Below, piece after piece: positions 1-9,414 of a DNA stretch of 64,000 bases; the stretch's first letter is position 1, and each line of letters begins with the position of its first letter. The stretch is taken from positions 1,482-65,481 of the forward strand of contig JAZQFQ010000074.1 of NCBI GenBank assembly GCA_045539595.1. Direction: 5' to 3'. Made by a program: the position numbers and the translations under genes. The notes under the pieces are model-generated. The model did no database searches, was not told the DNA's origin, and was given only the letters and a program-made list of their open reading frames with translations. This DNA comes from Eubacteriales bacterium (GTDB lineage Bacteria > Bacillota > Clostridia > Oscillospirales > CAG-272).

Positions 1-1
1 G

Positions 2-571
2 GCAGAGGAAACGGCATACACAAAATTGATGTACGGACTCCTTCTGTCCGGGCTGGCCATGCAGATGATGGGCAACTCCCGTCCCGCCTCGGGGGCGGAA
101 CACCACATATCCCATCTCATCGAGATGCATCCGGAATCCCTTGGAGTACACTCCGACGCGCTGCACGGGGAAAAAGTAGGTGTGGGAACTCTTTTGGCCA
201 TCCGGGAATATCAGGCGATCTGTCGGGATACGTCCGTCACGTTCCGGGATTATGTTCCGTACAGCGCGGATCAGATCGTATCCGTGTTCGATGAAGCCAT
301 GGCAGCGGATATCATCGCGGAAAACGCAAAAGATGCCGCCGATGGGATTACTGCCGAAAAACTTCAGGGTTGCCTGGATATAATCCGCCGCGAGATTCTT
401 GCCATGCCCGACGCGGACACACTGGAGAACGTATACAAGGCTTTGGGTGTAAAATCCGCGCTTGAGGATATTGGCGTGTCCCCGGAGGTGCTCCCTGCTC
501 TGCTGGATATTTCGCCCATGGTACGCAATCGGCTAACCTGGATGCGCCTGCGCAAATGCATTGTGAAATAA
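2..571 (+). CDS. C-terminal part of an iron-containing alcohol dehydrogenase-fold enzyme, sn-glycerol-1-phosphate dehydrogenase (AraM/EgsA)-like; the 5' end lies outside the window
   Basis: The frame is open from the window edge to the stop at 571. The translated 'SGAEHHISHLIEMH...LHGEKVGVGT' resembles the His-rich metal site of the G1PDH/glycerol dehydrogenase fold. The next gene's RBS follows immediately. Confidence 0.55.
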   Translation, partial: AEETAYTKLMYGLLLSGLAMQMMGNSRPASGAEHHISHLIEMHPESLGVHSDALHGEKVGVGTLLAIREYQAICRDTSVTFRDYVPYSADQIVSVFDEAMAADIIAENAKDAADGITAEKLQGCLDIIRREILAMPDADTLENVYKALGVKSALEDIGVSPEVLPALLDISPMVRNRLTWMRLRKCIVK

Positions 572-585
572 GGAGGAACACTCTC

Positions 586-1380
586 ATGCTGTACAACGGT
601 GAAATCATTCTGGCGGCTCATCGCGGCGATCGGAAGTGCTGTCCCGAAAACACCCTGCCCGCCTTTGCGTCCGCCATAGATTTTGGTGCGGACATGATCG
701 AAACGGATATACACATGACCCGGGACGGGCAATTGATCATCCTGCACGACCGCAACACCAAGCGCACCACCGGGTACGACGGCTGGAGCAACGAGATGAC
801 CTATGAGGAAATCCGGAAACTGGATGCGGGCGCATGGTTCAGCGAGGAATTTGCCGGCACACGGATTCCGTCCGTGGAGGAATTTATTGCACAAATCAAG
901 GACACCGATCTGCGGATCAACTGGGAATTGAAAGACTATCCCCGGGAGGTGGGCGACGATTTTGCCTTTGCGGCGGCGGATCGGCTGATTTCGATGATCG
1001 ATGAGCACAACTTGCGGGAGCGGTCCATGCTGAACTCCTTCAGCGACCGTGTACTGGAGCACATCGTCCGTCATCACGGGCATGATATCCCCATCCATGG
1101 ACAAGGCATCCACCACTGCTGCCGGTCCAACGATACCGCCTCCATTCCTCGGGAAGAATTGTACGACTGGTGCTGTCTGTATCCCGAGGAAAAAGGAAAA
1201 AGCCCCCTGGATTACCGGGAGAATTTCGATTACTGTCTGTCCCGCGGCATACTGCCCTGTGTGTGCATTGCGGACACGTACGAGTCCTACCAAAAGGCGC
1301 TGGAGATGGGCTGCAAAATGTTCACCACCAACGATATGAGGGAGTGCGACCGGATACTGAAGCAGTTGTCCGTGCGGTGA
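586..1380 (+). CDS. glycerophosphodiester phosphodiesterase (GDPD family)
   Basis: 'AAHRGDRKCCPENTLPAF...GADMIETDIHMTRDGQLIILHD' is the GDPD signature. ATG at 586 is preceded by AGGAGG at 571-576. The ORF-track start at 556 has no RBS. Confidence 0.85.
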   Translation: MLYNGEIILAAHRGDRKCCPENTLPAFASAIDFGADMIETDIHMTRDGQLIILHDRNTKRTTGYDGWSNEMTYEEIRKLDAGAWFSEEFAGTRIPSVEEFIAQIKDTDLRINWELKDYPREVGDDFAFAAADRLISMIDEHNLRERSMLNSFSDRVLEHIVRHHGHDIPIHGQGIHHCCRSNDTASIPREELYDWCCLYPEEKGKSPLDYRENFDYCLSRGILPCVCIADTYESYQKALEMGCKMFTTNDMRECDRILKQLSVR

Positions 1381-1385
1381 AATAG

Positions 1386-1414
1386 AAAAGCCAAGGCGGT
1401 GCCTTGGCTTTTTT
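1386..1414. terminator. bidirectional rho-independent terminator between the GDPD gene and the convergent XRE regulator
   Basis: Stem GCCAAGGC/GCCTTGGC (1390-1408) is flanked by an A-run on the 5' side and T6 on the 3' side. Confidence 0.7.
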
Positions 1415-1421
1415 GATGGTG

Positions 1422-2666
1422 TCAGTTGTTGGTTGCAGGAATTACATACTTCTCCATGCGGCGAATGCAATTCTTGAACCTTTCATCATCGCGAATACTG
1501 TTAAAACAGGACCATTCTTCGATATCGAGCAGCGGAATGATATCCCAAGCGGCACATTCTACGTGATGGTCGAATTCAGCATCACCATTCGGGCGATTAT
1601 ACATAAGATCCACGCCGCAAAACATTTCGTCACTTCTCATACAACGATGAAGATTCTCCGAGAAATCCTGTACGTCATCGGGATTACGCACACCGTAACG
1701 GAAAGTTTCCTGAAGTTCCGAAAGTTCGGGAGTACGATAGGTCAACACACTTCCTTCGGGCATGGAATAAACCTTCTCGGCAAGGCTGACCACCGCCTCA
1801 AGGGTATCCAATGCCTCTTCTTTTCTTCCTGCTACTGCAGCGCTTCCTGCCAGCTGATAACCGTACACCAATCTGTGTCCATACCAAAGATCCGGTTCGC
1901 CGTCTCCGATGATTACGCTGCCTTCTGTTGTGTCGGTCATCAAATTGATAAGCGCAAGAGCTCTCTTGGCAGAATCCTCGATTTTATTGTCGTTATAAAT
2001 AAAGCAGGGCGGACAACTATAGGGATAAATATCATTCAATACACCATAGATCTTATGAAGATGATCCAGCTGTTTATATTTTTTATACGCAACCCGATCA
2101 TTTTTGCTCTGCGCACGATATTTCAGGAGTGCTGCTCTGCTCATGTCTACTTCTGCTGCATAATGATTAAGAAGCTCGGGAATTGCGCTTTCCTCCTCTG
2201 ATGCAATGAGCAGCCGCACGGCCATATCCATATACACCTTTTCCGCATGAGGATGGCAGAGATACTGGCGAATCTTCTTTTGCATCTCCTCGCTGTATTC
2301 AGGGAAGCAACTGAGCGCGTAAATCAAATGAATCAGTGTTTCCGCGTCATGGGGGTACTTCCGGTGCATCTCTTTGAGGAAAGCAAGTCTTTCCTCTTTC
2401 GTGTCAAACACATCCATTCGCACCTTTTTCAAGTCACTGGCCAGATTCTGTTCTGCCGTCGCCTTTTCTACTCCCATCAACACATCCGTGGATACTTCGA
2501 AGAAAGCAGCGATTTCGGGAATCAGCTCAATATCCGGATAGGAAAGACCGGTTTCCCAACGACTGACCGACTGATAGGACACACCCAGACGTTCTGCCAG
2601 TTCCTCCTGAGTCAAGGATCTGCTTTGTCTGAGTTTTTTAATATTCTGCGAAATGTAAAGTTTCAT
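1422..2666 (-). CDS. XRE-family HTH transcriptional regulator with a long helical C-terminal domain (414 aa)
   Basis: The N-terminus 'IKKLRQSRSLTQEELAERLGVSYQSVSRWETGLSYPDIELIPEIAAFFEVSTDVLMG' is a canonical Cro/C1-type HTH. About 340 aa of C-terminal sequence are unassigned. Confidence 0.85.
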   Translation of the reverse strand: MKLYISQNIKKLRQSRSLTQEELAERLGVSYQSVSRWETGLSYPDIELIPEIAAFFEVSTDVLMGVEKATAEQNLASDLKKVRMDVFDTKEERLAFLKEMHRKYPHDAETLIHLIYALSCFPEYSEEMQKKIRQYLCHPHAEKVYMDMAVRLLIASEEESAIPELLNHYAAEVDMSRAALLKYRAQSKNDRVAYKKYKQLDHLHKIYGVLNDIYPYSCPPCFIYNDNKIEDSAKRALALINLMTDTTEGSVIIGDGEPDLWYGHRLVYGYQLAGSAAVAGRKEEALDTLEAVVSLAEKVYSMPEGSVLTYRTPELSELQETFRYGVRNPDDVQDFSENLHRCMRSDEMFCGVDLMYNRPNGDAEFDHHVECAAWDIIPLLDIEEWSCFNSIRDDERFKNCIRRMEKYVIPATNN

Positions 2667-2841
2667 AACATTTGCTCCTCATTCGTTTTATCAAGCTGCG
2701 CATCTTGTGATTCTATTATATCATGTTTTTTGGCATTGTACATATCTCGTTTCGCGAGAACCACTCAAGCAATGCGGGAATAATTGTTTTTGTTGACTTC
2801 AACCTTGTTGGATATCACTGCAACGGCAATCAGCGAAACCA

Positions 2842-2870
2842 AAAAGCCAAGGCGGTGCCTTGGCTTTTTT
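2842..2870. terminator. second copy of the same hairpin terminator, downstream of the second XRE regulator
   Basis: Sequence is identical to 1386-1414 and forms part of a 42-bp exact duplication (1386-1427 = 2842-2883). Confidence 0.7.
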
Positions 2871-2877
2871 GATGGTG

Positions 2878-4014
2878 TCAGTTTTCTTCTTTTTGGGCGA
2901 GGATTTCTGCTTTTGCGAGGATTTCGCGGTACCGTTCTTCCCCTCTCACCCGGTCAAATCCTTTCCAGTTTTTCGGCATTTTCAGGACGGTTTCCAAATA
3001 CGTATAGTGATCTGTAAACAGTGACATATAGTTGGAGTATTCCTCTTTTCCGTCCGAGAGCCGATAATTCCACTCGTTTTTCAGTGCCTTGACACCGTGG
3101 AACATCCACTCATGTCCCACATCCAGAGCTGTTCCGTCGGGAATCTCCGACCAGGCATCAAATTCCCGGTATGCTTCCTCCAGGCAGCCGTACCCTTCCT
3201 CTTTTCTATCGAGACGGAAGAGCTGATCTGCTTTATAAGTAAGCATAATTGCATAAAATCCCTGCCATGCCGGTGGGATAATTCCGTTTTCACCGAATGA
3301 ACACATCAGTTCAATGCGAAAATCTATCCAGGCTATGGACTTGATTGGATCGTGCCAATTCCCACAGTTTGACTGCATCAGATGGCAAAAATACTCAAGC
3401 TTATTTACACCTTTTCTCAAGATGCACTCATCATACTTTTCCTGTTCAAGCAATCTGTTCTCAAGTATCTCACCCCGATAAGTCTTGTAGTCATGCGCAC
3501 ACATCTTTGACCACTTTTCCCAGTCATCGTCGTTTCCAAGAGTACACATCAATTTGACTGCAGATTCACGGTAAGTTTGAACGGTACATTCTGATATGAT
3601 CTTTTCACAAAGCGAACGGAGGAGTGGGAGGTTTTCCTGTCTCTGTTCTTTGTCTGACCAATTGATTATCCAACACATTTCATGGGCAATATCATAATTT
3701 TTGGGGTATTTCGATGTGTATTCTTTTCCCAATCGGATTCGCGATTCCATATCATCATTTGGCAGTTCTTCACGAATCAGTCGGAAAAAATTTTCTATAT
3801 CTTCTTTTTGTGCGTCGCAATCATATTCGAGAAGTGTATCGATTGTAGTAGAAAATAATCCAGCAAGAATTGGAAGCTGCGAAATATCGGGCGCCGTCCT
3901 GTCACATTCCCATTGTGACACAGCATTGGCGGTAATACCGAGATATTCCGCCAGCTGTTCCTGTGTCATGTCGCGCTCACGGCGCAGCTTTTTAATAGTC
4001 GTTCCGATAGACAT
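2878..4014 (-). CDS. XRE-family HTH transcriptional regulator with a helical C-terminal domain (378 aa), paralogous in architecture to 1422..2666
   Basis: 'MSIGTTIKKLRRERDMTQEQLAEYLGITANAVSQWECDRTAPDISQLPILAGLF' forms the HTH. ATG at 4014 is preceded by GGAGG (reverse complement of 4022-4026). The longer ORF running to 4533 has no RBS and its N-terminus looks like junk. Confidence 0.85.
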   Translation of the reverse strand: MSIGTTIKKLRRERDMTQEQLAEYLGITANAVSQWECDRTAPDISQLPILAGLFSTTIDTLLEYDCDAQKEDIENFFRLIREELPNDDMESRIRLGKEYTSKYPKNYDIAHEMCWIINWSDKEQRQENLPLLRSLCEKIISECTVQTYRESAVKLMCTLGNDDDWEKWSKMCAHDYKTYRGEILENRLLEQEKYDECILRKGVNKLEYFCHLMQSNCGNWHDPIKSIAWIDFRIELMCSFGENGIIPPAWQGFYAIMLTYKADQLFRLDRKEEGYGCLEEAYREFDAWSEIPDGTALDVGHEWMFHGVKALKNEWNYRLSDGKEEYSNYMSLFTDHYTYLETVLKMPKNWKGFDRVRGEERYREILAKAEILAQKEEN

Positions 4015-4218
4015 TCCATCTACCTCCAATGTATTCAAAAGCGCTTTTGTGATTCTATTATAGCATATTTCCGGGCGGTTTCCACACAGCAAATGCACAT
4101 AGTTTATGAAGCGGTGCTGTGTTTTTGGTAGCATATACCTTAAAGTACCGCGCCCCTCTGTTCTTTTTTCTGATTTTGTGGTATAATGGGATGAGATCCA
4201 ATGACAGGAGATGCCATC

Positions 4219-4506
4219 ATGACAAAAAAGAAACGGAAGGAAGCCATCGACCGGATCCAACGCATGGAGGAGGTTTTTGACACCCTGCAGGCAGGGGCAA
4301 ACTCCGATCCTCCGATTATAGATGAGGCCCTTTTGAAAATCCTGCTGGATTATTACACAAGCGGCCAATGGCTGAAGGACTACGAATTGGATGAAAAAGG
4401 ATATCTCCCGCCGGATGTCAAGCGAGGCGTTCTGTCCGAGGACGGCGTGTACAATTTTCTGGAGAATATACATCCCCAAAATCCTGACCCCGAAATGGAA
4501 TCCTGA
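4219..4506 (+). CDS. small DUF4298-like protein
   Basis: 'YYTSGQWLKDYELDEKGYLPPDVKRGVLSEDGVYNFL' matches my recollection of DUF4298. ATG at 4219 follows AGGAGA. An extended -10 (TGTGGTATAAT) lies about 20 nt upstream. Confidence 0.6.
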   Translation: MTKKKRKEAIDRIQRMEEVFDTLQAGANSDPPIIDEALLKILLDYYTSGQWLKDYELDEKGYLPPDVKRGVLSEDGVYNFLENIHPQNPDPEMES

Positions 4507-4549
4507 TCTCCGTATCCCACCAATACGGATCACAGCAAACAGACTGCAT

Positions 4550-4588
4550 CACCCCGCCGATTTATTATAAACGGCGGGGTGTTTTCTT
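4550..4588 (+). terminator. rho-independent terminator
   Basis: 10-bp stem CACCCCGCCG/CGGCGGGGTG followed by TTTTCTT. Confidence 0.7.
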
Positions 4589-4622
4589 CCCACATTTGCC
4601 AAAATGATACATTCGCCCATCT

Positions 4623-4652
4623 GCATAACGGCGCACCCATACAGGCAATACT
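4623..4652 (+). promoter_or_regulatory. candidate forespore-type (sigma F/G) promoter for sigG
   Basis: GCATA (4623-4627), an 18-nt spacer, then CAATACT (4646-4652). This approximates the GHATR-N17/18-CATxxTA consensus and sits about 30 nt upstream of the sigG start. Confidence 0.3.
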
Positions 4653-4683
4653 GACTGTACAACTACGGTACGGGGGCGAGCAG

Positions 4684-5457
4684 ATGTATTATAACAAGGT
4701 GGAAATATGCGGTGTCAACACAGCAAAACTGGCTACTCTGACCAGTGAGGAAAAACACGATCTGCTCGTCCGGACAAAGGCCGGTGACATGGCCGCCCGC
4801 CAGAAACTGATCGACGGCAATCTGCGGCTGGTTCTGAGCATCATTCAGCGGTTCACCAATCGGCGGGAAAATCTGGACGATCTGTTTCAGGTAGGGTGCA
4901 TCGGACTAATCAAGGCAGTGGATAACTTCAATCTGGACCTGGACGTAAAGTTTTCCACCTACGCGGTGCCCATGATCATCGGCGAGGTGCGGCGGTATCT
5001 GCGGGACAACAACACGATTCGCGTCAGCCGTTCCGTGCGGGATCTGGCCTATCGGGCACTGCAGGCCCGGGAACGGCTGGCAAAAACCATGGCATCCGAG
5101 CCGACGCTGGCGCAGATCGCGGCGGAGCTGGGCGAAAAAGAAGAGAACATCGCCCAAGCCATTGAAGCGATCGTGGAGCCGGTATCCCTGTATGAGCCGG
5201 TATACAACGATGGCGGCGATTCCATCTATATCATGGATCAGATCAGCGATGCAGGTGCCTCGGATGAGGCATGGCTGGAAAACATTGCACTGAAAGAAGC
5301 GATGAAACGGCTGAGCGATAGAGAGAAAAAAATCATTCATCTGCGGTTCTTCAACGGAAAAACCCAGATGGAGATTGCGGACGAGATCGGCATATCGCAA
5401 GCGCAGGTATCCCGCTTGGAGAAGGGTGCGCTGGAGCGGATACGGAAACAGATGTAA
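4684..5457 (+). CDS. sigG: sporulation sigma factor SigG
   Basis: The sequence is near-collinear with B. subtilis SigG as I recall it: 'NKVEICGV(N/D)T(A/S)KL', 'NLRLVLS(I/V)IQRF', 'DDLFQVGCIGL', 'KFSTYAVPMIIGE(V/I)RRYLRDNN', 'GISQAQVSRLEK'. ATG is at 4684. Confidence 0.9.
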   Translation: MYYNKVEICGVNTAKLATLTSEEKHDLLVRTKAGDMAARQKLIDGNLRLVLSIIQRFTNRRENLDDLFQVGCIGLIKAVDNFNLDLDVKFSTYAVPMIIGEVRRYLRDNNTIRVSRSVRDLAYRALQARERLAKTMASEPTLAQIAAELGEKEENIAQAIEAIVEPVSLYEPVYNDGGDSIYIMDQISDAGASDEAWLENIALKEAMKRLSDREKKIIHLRFFNGKTQMEIADEIGISQAQVSRLEKGALERIRKQM

Positions 5458-5489
5458 AAAGAGGAGAACCGTAGGGTTCTCCTCTTTTA
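5456..5489. terminator. bidirectional terminator between convergent sigG and metI
   Basis: Stem AGAGGAGAACC/GGTTCTCCTCT is flanked by an A-run and a T-run. Confidence 0.65.
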
Positions 5490-5491
5490 CA

Positions 5492-6196
5492 TCATTTTTT
5501 CAGGCGCTTGTCCGAGCGAAGGGACCATTTGGTACCGATGGTCTGGAAGATTTGCACCATGAGCACCAGCAGCACCACCGCCAGAAGCATAACCAGATAC
5601 TTATAGCGATGATAGCCATAGTTGATGGCAATTTTACCTAGGCCGCCGCCGCCGAGGACACCGCTCATGGCGGAATAACCCAGGATGGTGGTCAGCGCGA
5701 TGGCCGCGTTGGAAATCAGGGACGGAACGCTTTCCGGCAGCATGACTTTCACCACGATCTGCAAGGGGGATGCGCCCATGCTCTGCGCCGCTTCAATGAT
5801 ATTGGGATCGATCTCGCGAAGGCTTCCCTCCACCAGTCGCGCCACGAAGGGGAATGCGGCAATAACCAGCGGGACGATGGATGCTACGGTTCCGACAACG
5901 GTGCCGACGATGGCACGGGTCAAGGGGAACACGAGGATCATCATGATCAGAAACGGCACGGACCGAAGCAGATTGATCAGCACATTCAGCACCTGCATCA
6001 GCCATGCGGGCAGTGGGAGAACGCCGTCCTTTTCACCGACCACGAGAAGCACGCCCAGAGGCAATCCGAGGACGATGGCAAAAAACGTGGCAAGAATGGT
6101 TACATACAACGTCTCCCATATGGCAAGAGGAAACTCCGTCACGAAAATATCGATGGCTTCCCGGATGGCCTCCGGGGAAAATGCGTTATTCAGCAT
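5492..6196 (-). CDS. metI: methionine ABC transporter permease
   Basis: Multi-pass membrane protein of MetI type. It overlaps metN by 11 nt and sits in a metN-metI-metQ arrangement. Confidence 0.88.
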   Translation of the reverse strand: MLNNAFSPEAIREAIDIFVTEFPLAIWETLYVTILATFFAIVLGLPLGVLLVVGEKDGVLPLPAWLMQVLNVLINLLRSVPFLIMMILVFPLTRAIVGTVVGTVASIVPLVIAAFPFVARLVEGSLREIDPNIIEAAQSMGASPLQIVVKVMLPESVPSLISNAAIALTTILGYSAMSGVLGGGGLGKIAINYGYHRYKYLVMLLAVVLLVLMVQIFQTIGTKWSLRSDKRLKK

Positions 6197-7199
6197 CCTG
6201 GGTCACCTCCTCTGCCCAAACGTCTTCCGCGCCGCGCAGATAGTCCACAGCGGTCTGCACGGTGGCGTCATCGGGGGAAATACCCAGCAGCATATTGCCG
6301 TACATCTTATTCCCGATGCATTTTGTGGATGCGCTGAGTATATTGGCAACGATCTGTGTATCGATGGCCATGCGGGTGATCAGGGGAGCATTGGTTGCCA
6401 CGGCCCCATTGAACACCACGCGGATACGCCGCTCATCCGAGGACACGGTCTGTCCCACGGGATCGCTGTCCGGAAACACCAGTTTCCGGGCGGCAGATGA
6501 TTTGGGACGGGAGAAAATGTCGGACACTTCCCCTTCCTCCGCCACGCGACCATCATCCAGGATCGCCACGCGATTACAGATTTCCTCCACCACGCTCATC
6601 TGATGGGTAATGATCACCACGGTGATGCCGGTTTTTTCATTTATCTCGCGGATCAATTCCAGAATGGAATGAGTGGTCTGCGGATCCAGCGCGCTGGTGG
6701 CTTCGTCGCACAGAAGCACCTTAGGATTGCTGGCCAGCGCCCGGGCGATGGCGATTCTCTGCTTCTGTCCGCCGGACAGCTGGGCAGGATAGGCATTTGC
6801 CTTATTAGGCAGCCCTACAATTTCCAACAGTTCTTTGGCTCGTTTGACGGCATCCGCTTTTTTGACACCTGCCAATTCCATGGGGAAGCAGATGTTTTTC
6901 AGGCAGGTGCGCTGCATCAGCAGATTGAATCCCTGAAAGATCATGGACACGCTCCGCCGGACTTCCCGCAGTTCCGCCGGGGTCAGCTGACCGATATCCC
7001 GGTCGTTGATGACCACGCTTCCCTCGGTGGGCCGCTCCAGCATATTGATACAGCGGACCAGGGTACTCTTTCCCGCGCCGCTCATACCGATGATGCCGTA
7101 GATATCTCCGTCGCGGATGGTCAGAGACACATCGCGAAGCGCGTCCACCACGCCGTCGGCGGTGGAAAAAGATTTGGACAGGTTTCTGATTTCGATCAT
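6186..7199 (-). CDS. metN: methionine ABC transporter ATP-binding protein
   Basis: Walker A 'GMSGAGKST', signature 'LSGGQKQR', Walker B 'LLCDEATS', and a C-terminal NIL-like domain. ATG at 7199 gives '[11 protein letters not shown]'. Confidence 0.9.
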   Translation of the reverse strand: MIEIRNLSKSFSTADGVVDALRDVSLTIRDGDIYGIIGMSGAGKSTLVRCINMLERPTEGSVVINDRDIGQLTPAELREVRRSVSMIFQGFNLLMQRTCLKNICFPMELAGVKKADAVKRAKELLEIVGLPNKANAYPAQLSGGQKQRIAIARALASNPKVLLCDEATSALDPQTTHSILELIREINEKTGITVVIITHQMSVVEEICNRVAILDDGRVAEEGEVSDIFSRPKSSAARKLVFPDSDPVGQTVSSDERRIRVVFNGAVATNAPLITRMAIDTQIVANILSASTKCIGNKMYGNMLLGISPDDATVQTAVDYLRGAEDVWAEEVTQDAE

Positions 7200-7256
7200 A
7201 TGTACTCCGCATAGACATACGTCGGTCGCGGACACGACCGACGTATGCGGTTTGAT

Positions 7257-8108
7257 TTAGTTTTTGATAGCGTCGAGGGAGCTCTGCTGACCGCCATACA
7301 GTCCGAGAGGCTCTACATGGATGGAGGCAACGGACACGATATGGGTGCCGTTTTCCTTATTGAAGTCATCCAGATAGGGGGTGTGCTGGAAGTAGTTTGC
7401 ATCCAATTCACCGCTCTCCACCACATTGTTGGGCTGCACATAGTCGGTAAACTCCACGATCTTCAAGGTGATTCCCTTGGCCGCCAGAATCTCCTGGGCG
7501 ATCTTCAGAATCTCGGCGTGAGGGGTGGGAGAAGCGGCTACGGAGATCTCCGTACCGGACAAGGCGGCGTAATCCACGTCGGCGGCATAGCCGTCACCGG
7601 GATTCTCCACCACGCTGACAACGGCACCGGAATACTTTTCGGTGATGAAATCGGCCACTTTCTTGCTCTGCAGAGCGGCGATCAGTGCCTTGATAGCGGG
7701 ATTGTTTTCGTTGCCCTCCTTAACAGCCAGAATGTTGGCATAGGCGGAGAAGGCACCTTCAATCACGAGGGAATCTTCCACCGGATTGAGGCCGGCATCG
7801 ATGGCGTAGTTGGAGTTGATCACGGCATAATCCACATCCTGCAGGATGTTGGGCAGCTGTGCGGCTTCGATTTCACGGAACTCGATACCATAGGGATTCT
7901 CCACGATATCGCGAACGGTAGCGGTAATGCCCGCGCCCTCTTTCAGTTTTATGTAACCGGCCTGCTCCAGAAGGAGAAGGGCGCGTGCTTCATTGGTGGT
8001 ATCGCTGGGAACGGCGATGGTGATGGCATCGGAGCCGCATCCGGCGGTAAAGGCAAGAACGGACAGAGTCAGGACAGCAATCAGAATAACAGACAAAATG
8101 CGTTTCAT
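7257..8108 (-). CDS. metQ: MetQ/NlpA-family methionine-binding lipoprotein
   Basis: Signal peptide with lipobox 'FTAGC'; NlpA-type sequence; ATG at 8108 is preceded by AAGGAGA. Confidence 0.88.
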   Translation of the reverse strand: MKRILSVILIAVLTLSVLAFTAGCGSDAITIAVPSDTTNEARALLLLEQAGYIKLKEGAGITATVRDIVENPYGIEFREIEAAQLPNILQDVDYAVINSNYAIDAGLNPVEDSLVIEGAFSAYANILAVKEGNENNPAIKALIAALQSKKVADFITEKYSGAVVSVVENPGDGYAADVDYAALSGTEISVAASPTPHAEILKIAQEILAAKGITLKIVEFTDYVQPNNVVESGELDANYFQHTPYLDDFNKENGTHIVSVASIHVEPLGLYGGQQSSLDAIKN

Positions 8109-8232
8109 AATAATCTCCTTAAAACAAGTAAATGGATTTAGTGATTCAAATGGATTCATTATGGGAAACGGGCCACATTCGCTGGTTCTTTATGTTGGTA
8201 TGGGTCAGAATATACGTCATGGATTCACCTCA

Positions 8233-8263
8233 TGAAAAAAGGAAGTTCAGACGAACTTCCTTT
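8233..8263 (-). terminator. leader terminator/attenuator upstream of metQ
   Basis: On the minus strand, AAAGGAAGTTC-GTCT-GAACTTCCTTT is followed by TTTTTC. It lies about 130 nt upstream of the metQ start and about 150 nt downstream of the promoter. Confidence 0.6.
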
Positions 8264-8406
8264 ACTTAGTGATACCTATTTTCCACAGGCTTCAATGACA
8301 GCAAAGAAAGCACGCCGGGATTGCGCGAACCATATTCATACACATGGACATCATACGCATCATCATCTGGCACTTTCCTTTCCGGATTGAAAATCTGTAT
8401 ACACGT

Positions 8407-8435
8407 ATTATAGCATTGCAAATCGCCGTTGTCAA
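8407..8435 (-). promoter_or_regulatory. sigma-A consensus promoter of the met transporter operon
   Basis: Minus strand reads TTGACA (8435-8430), a 17-nt spacer, then TATAAT (8412-8407). Confidence 0.65.
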
Positions 8436-8465
8436 CAGAAAATTTGCCATATGTTGTTTTTTGTC

Positions 8466-9395
8466 TTATTCCACAAAATCAGGGGTGGACAAATACCGCT
8501 CGCCGCCGTCGGGCAAAAGCACCACGATATTCTTGCCGCGGTTTTCCTCTTCTTTAGCCAGAGCGGTGGCTGCCCACAGCGCCGCGCCGGAGGAAATCCC
8601 CACAAGGATTCCTTCCGTTTTGGTCAGGCGATGGACCGTATCCAGCGCATCGGCCTCCGTTACACGGATAATGCGGTCGTAAATGTCCGTATCCAGCGTA
8701 TCGGGCACAAATCCGGCACCGATGCCCTGCAATCCGTGGGAGCCTGCTTTTCCGCCGGACAATACCGGGGAATGGGCCGGCTCCACGGCCACTATCTGCA
8801 CAGCGGGATTCATCGTTTTCAGATACTTTCCCACGCCGGAGATCGTGCCGCCCGTACCCACACCGGCCACGAACACATCCACCTGCCCTTCGGTATCCTT
8901 CCATATCTCGGGACCGGTCGTTTTCGCGTGAGCGGCAGGATTGGCCGGATTGCCGAACTGATCGGGCAGAAACGCGCAGGGGATCTCCCGGCACAGCTGG
9001 CGTGCCTTATCTATGGCCCCCTGCATACCCCGGGAGCCGTCGGTCAGCACCAATTCCGCGCCGTAAGCCCGCATCAGGCGGCGGCGTTCCTCGGACATGG
9101 TTTCCGGCATGGTAATGATAACCCGATATCCTTTGGCGGCGGCAATGGCGGCCAGGCCGATGCCCGTATTGCCCGAGGTGGGCTCGATGATGGTGGCGCC
9201 CGGCTGCAGTTTTCCGTCCGCTTCCGCCTGGGCGATCATCTCCGCAGCGACTCTGTCCTTAGCGGAGCCGGCGGGATTGAAATATTCCAACTTTGCCAGA
9301 ATTGTGGCATGGGGACAGAACTGCTTCCCGTACTTTTGCAGTACGAGGAGCGGTGTGTTGCCAATTAAATCCGTAACAGAACGGTAAATACTCAT
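8466..9395 (-). CDS. cysK: cysteine synthase A (O-acetylserine sulfhydrylase)
   Basis: 'NPAGSAKDR' (PLP lysine), '[10 protein letters not shown]', '[10 protein letters not shown]'; 309 aa. Confidence 0.92.
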   Translation of the reverse strand: MSIYRSVTDLIGNTPLLVLQKYGKQFCPHATILAKLEYFNPAGSAKDRVAAEMIAQAEADGKLQPGATIIEPTSGNTGIGLAAIAAAKGYRVIITMPETMSEERRRLMRAYGAELVLTDGSRGMQGAIDKARQLCREIPCAFLPDQFGNPANPAAHAKTTGPEIWKDTEGQVDVFVAGVGTGGTISGVGKYLKTMNPAVQIVAVEPAHSPVLSGGKAGSHGLQGIGAGFVPDTLDTDIYDRIIRVTEADALDTVHRLTKTEGILVGISSGAALWAATALAKEEENRGKNIVVLLPDGGERYLSTPDFVE

Positions 9396-9414
9396 GGAGA
9401 CTCCATTTCAGCAA

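Noticed and set aside
4015-4533. N-terminal extension of the second XRE regulator (ORF track 2878..4533)
   Set aside because: The HTH begins right at the internal ATG (4014), which has a GGAGG RBS. The upstream 173 codons overlap the divergent DUF4298 gene and its promoter.
4579-4683. N-terminal extension of sigG
   Set aside because: Collinearity with SigG starts at 'MYYNKVEICGV' (ATG at 4684). The extension begins inside the upstream terminator.
8264-8406. SAM-I riboswitch or Met T-box in the metQ leader
   Set aside because: I could not match the conserved cores of either class by eye, so I report only the promoter and terminator. This needs an Infernal scan.
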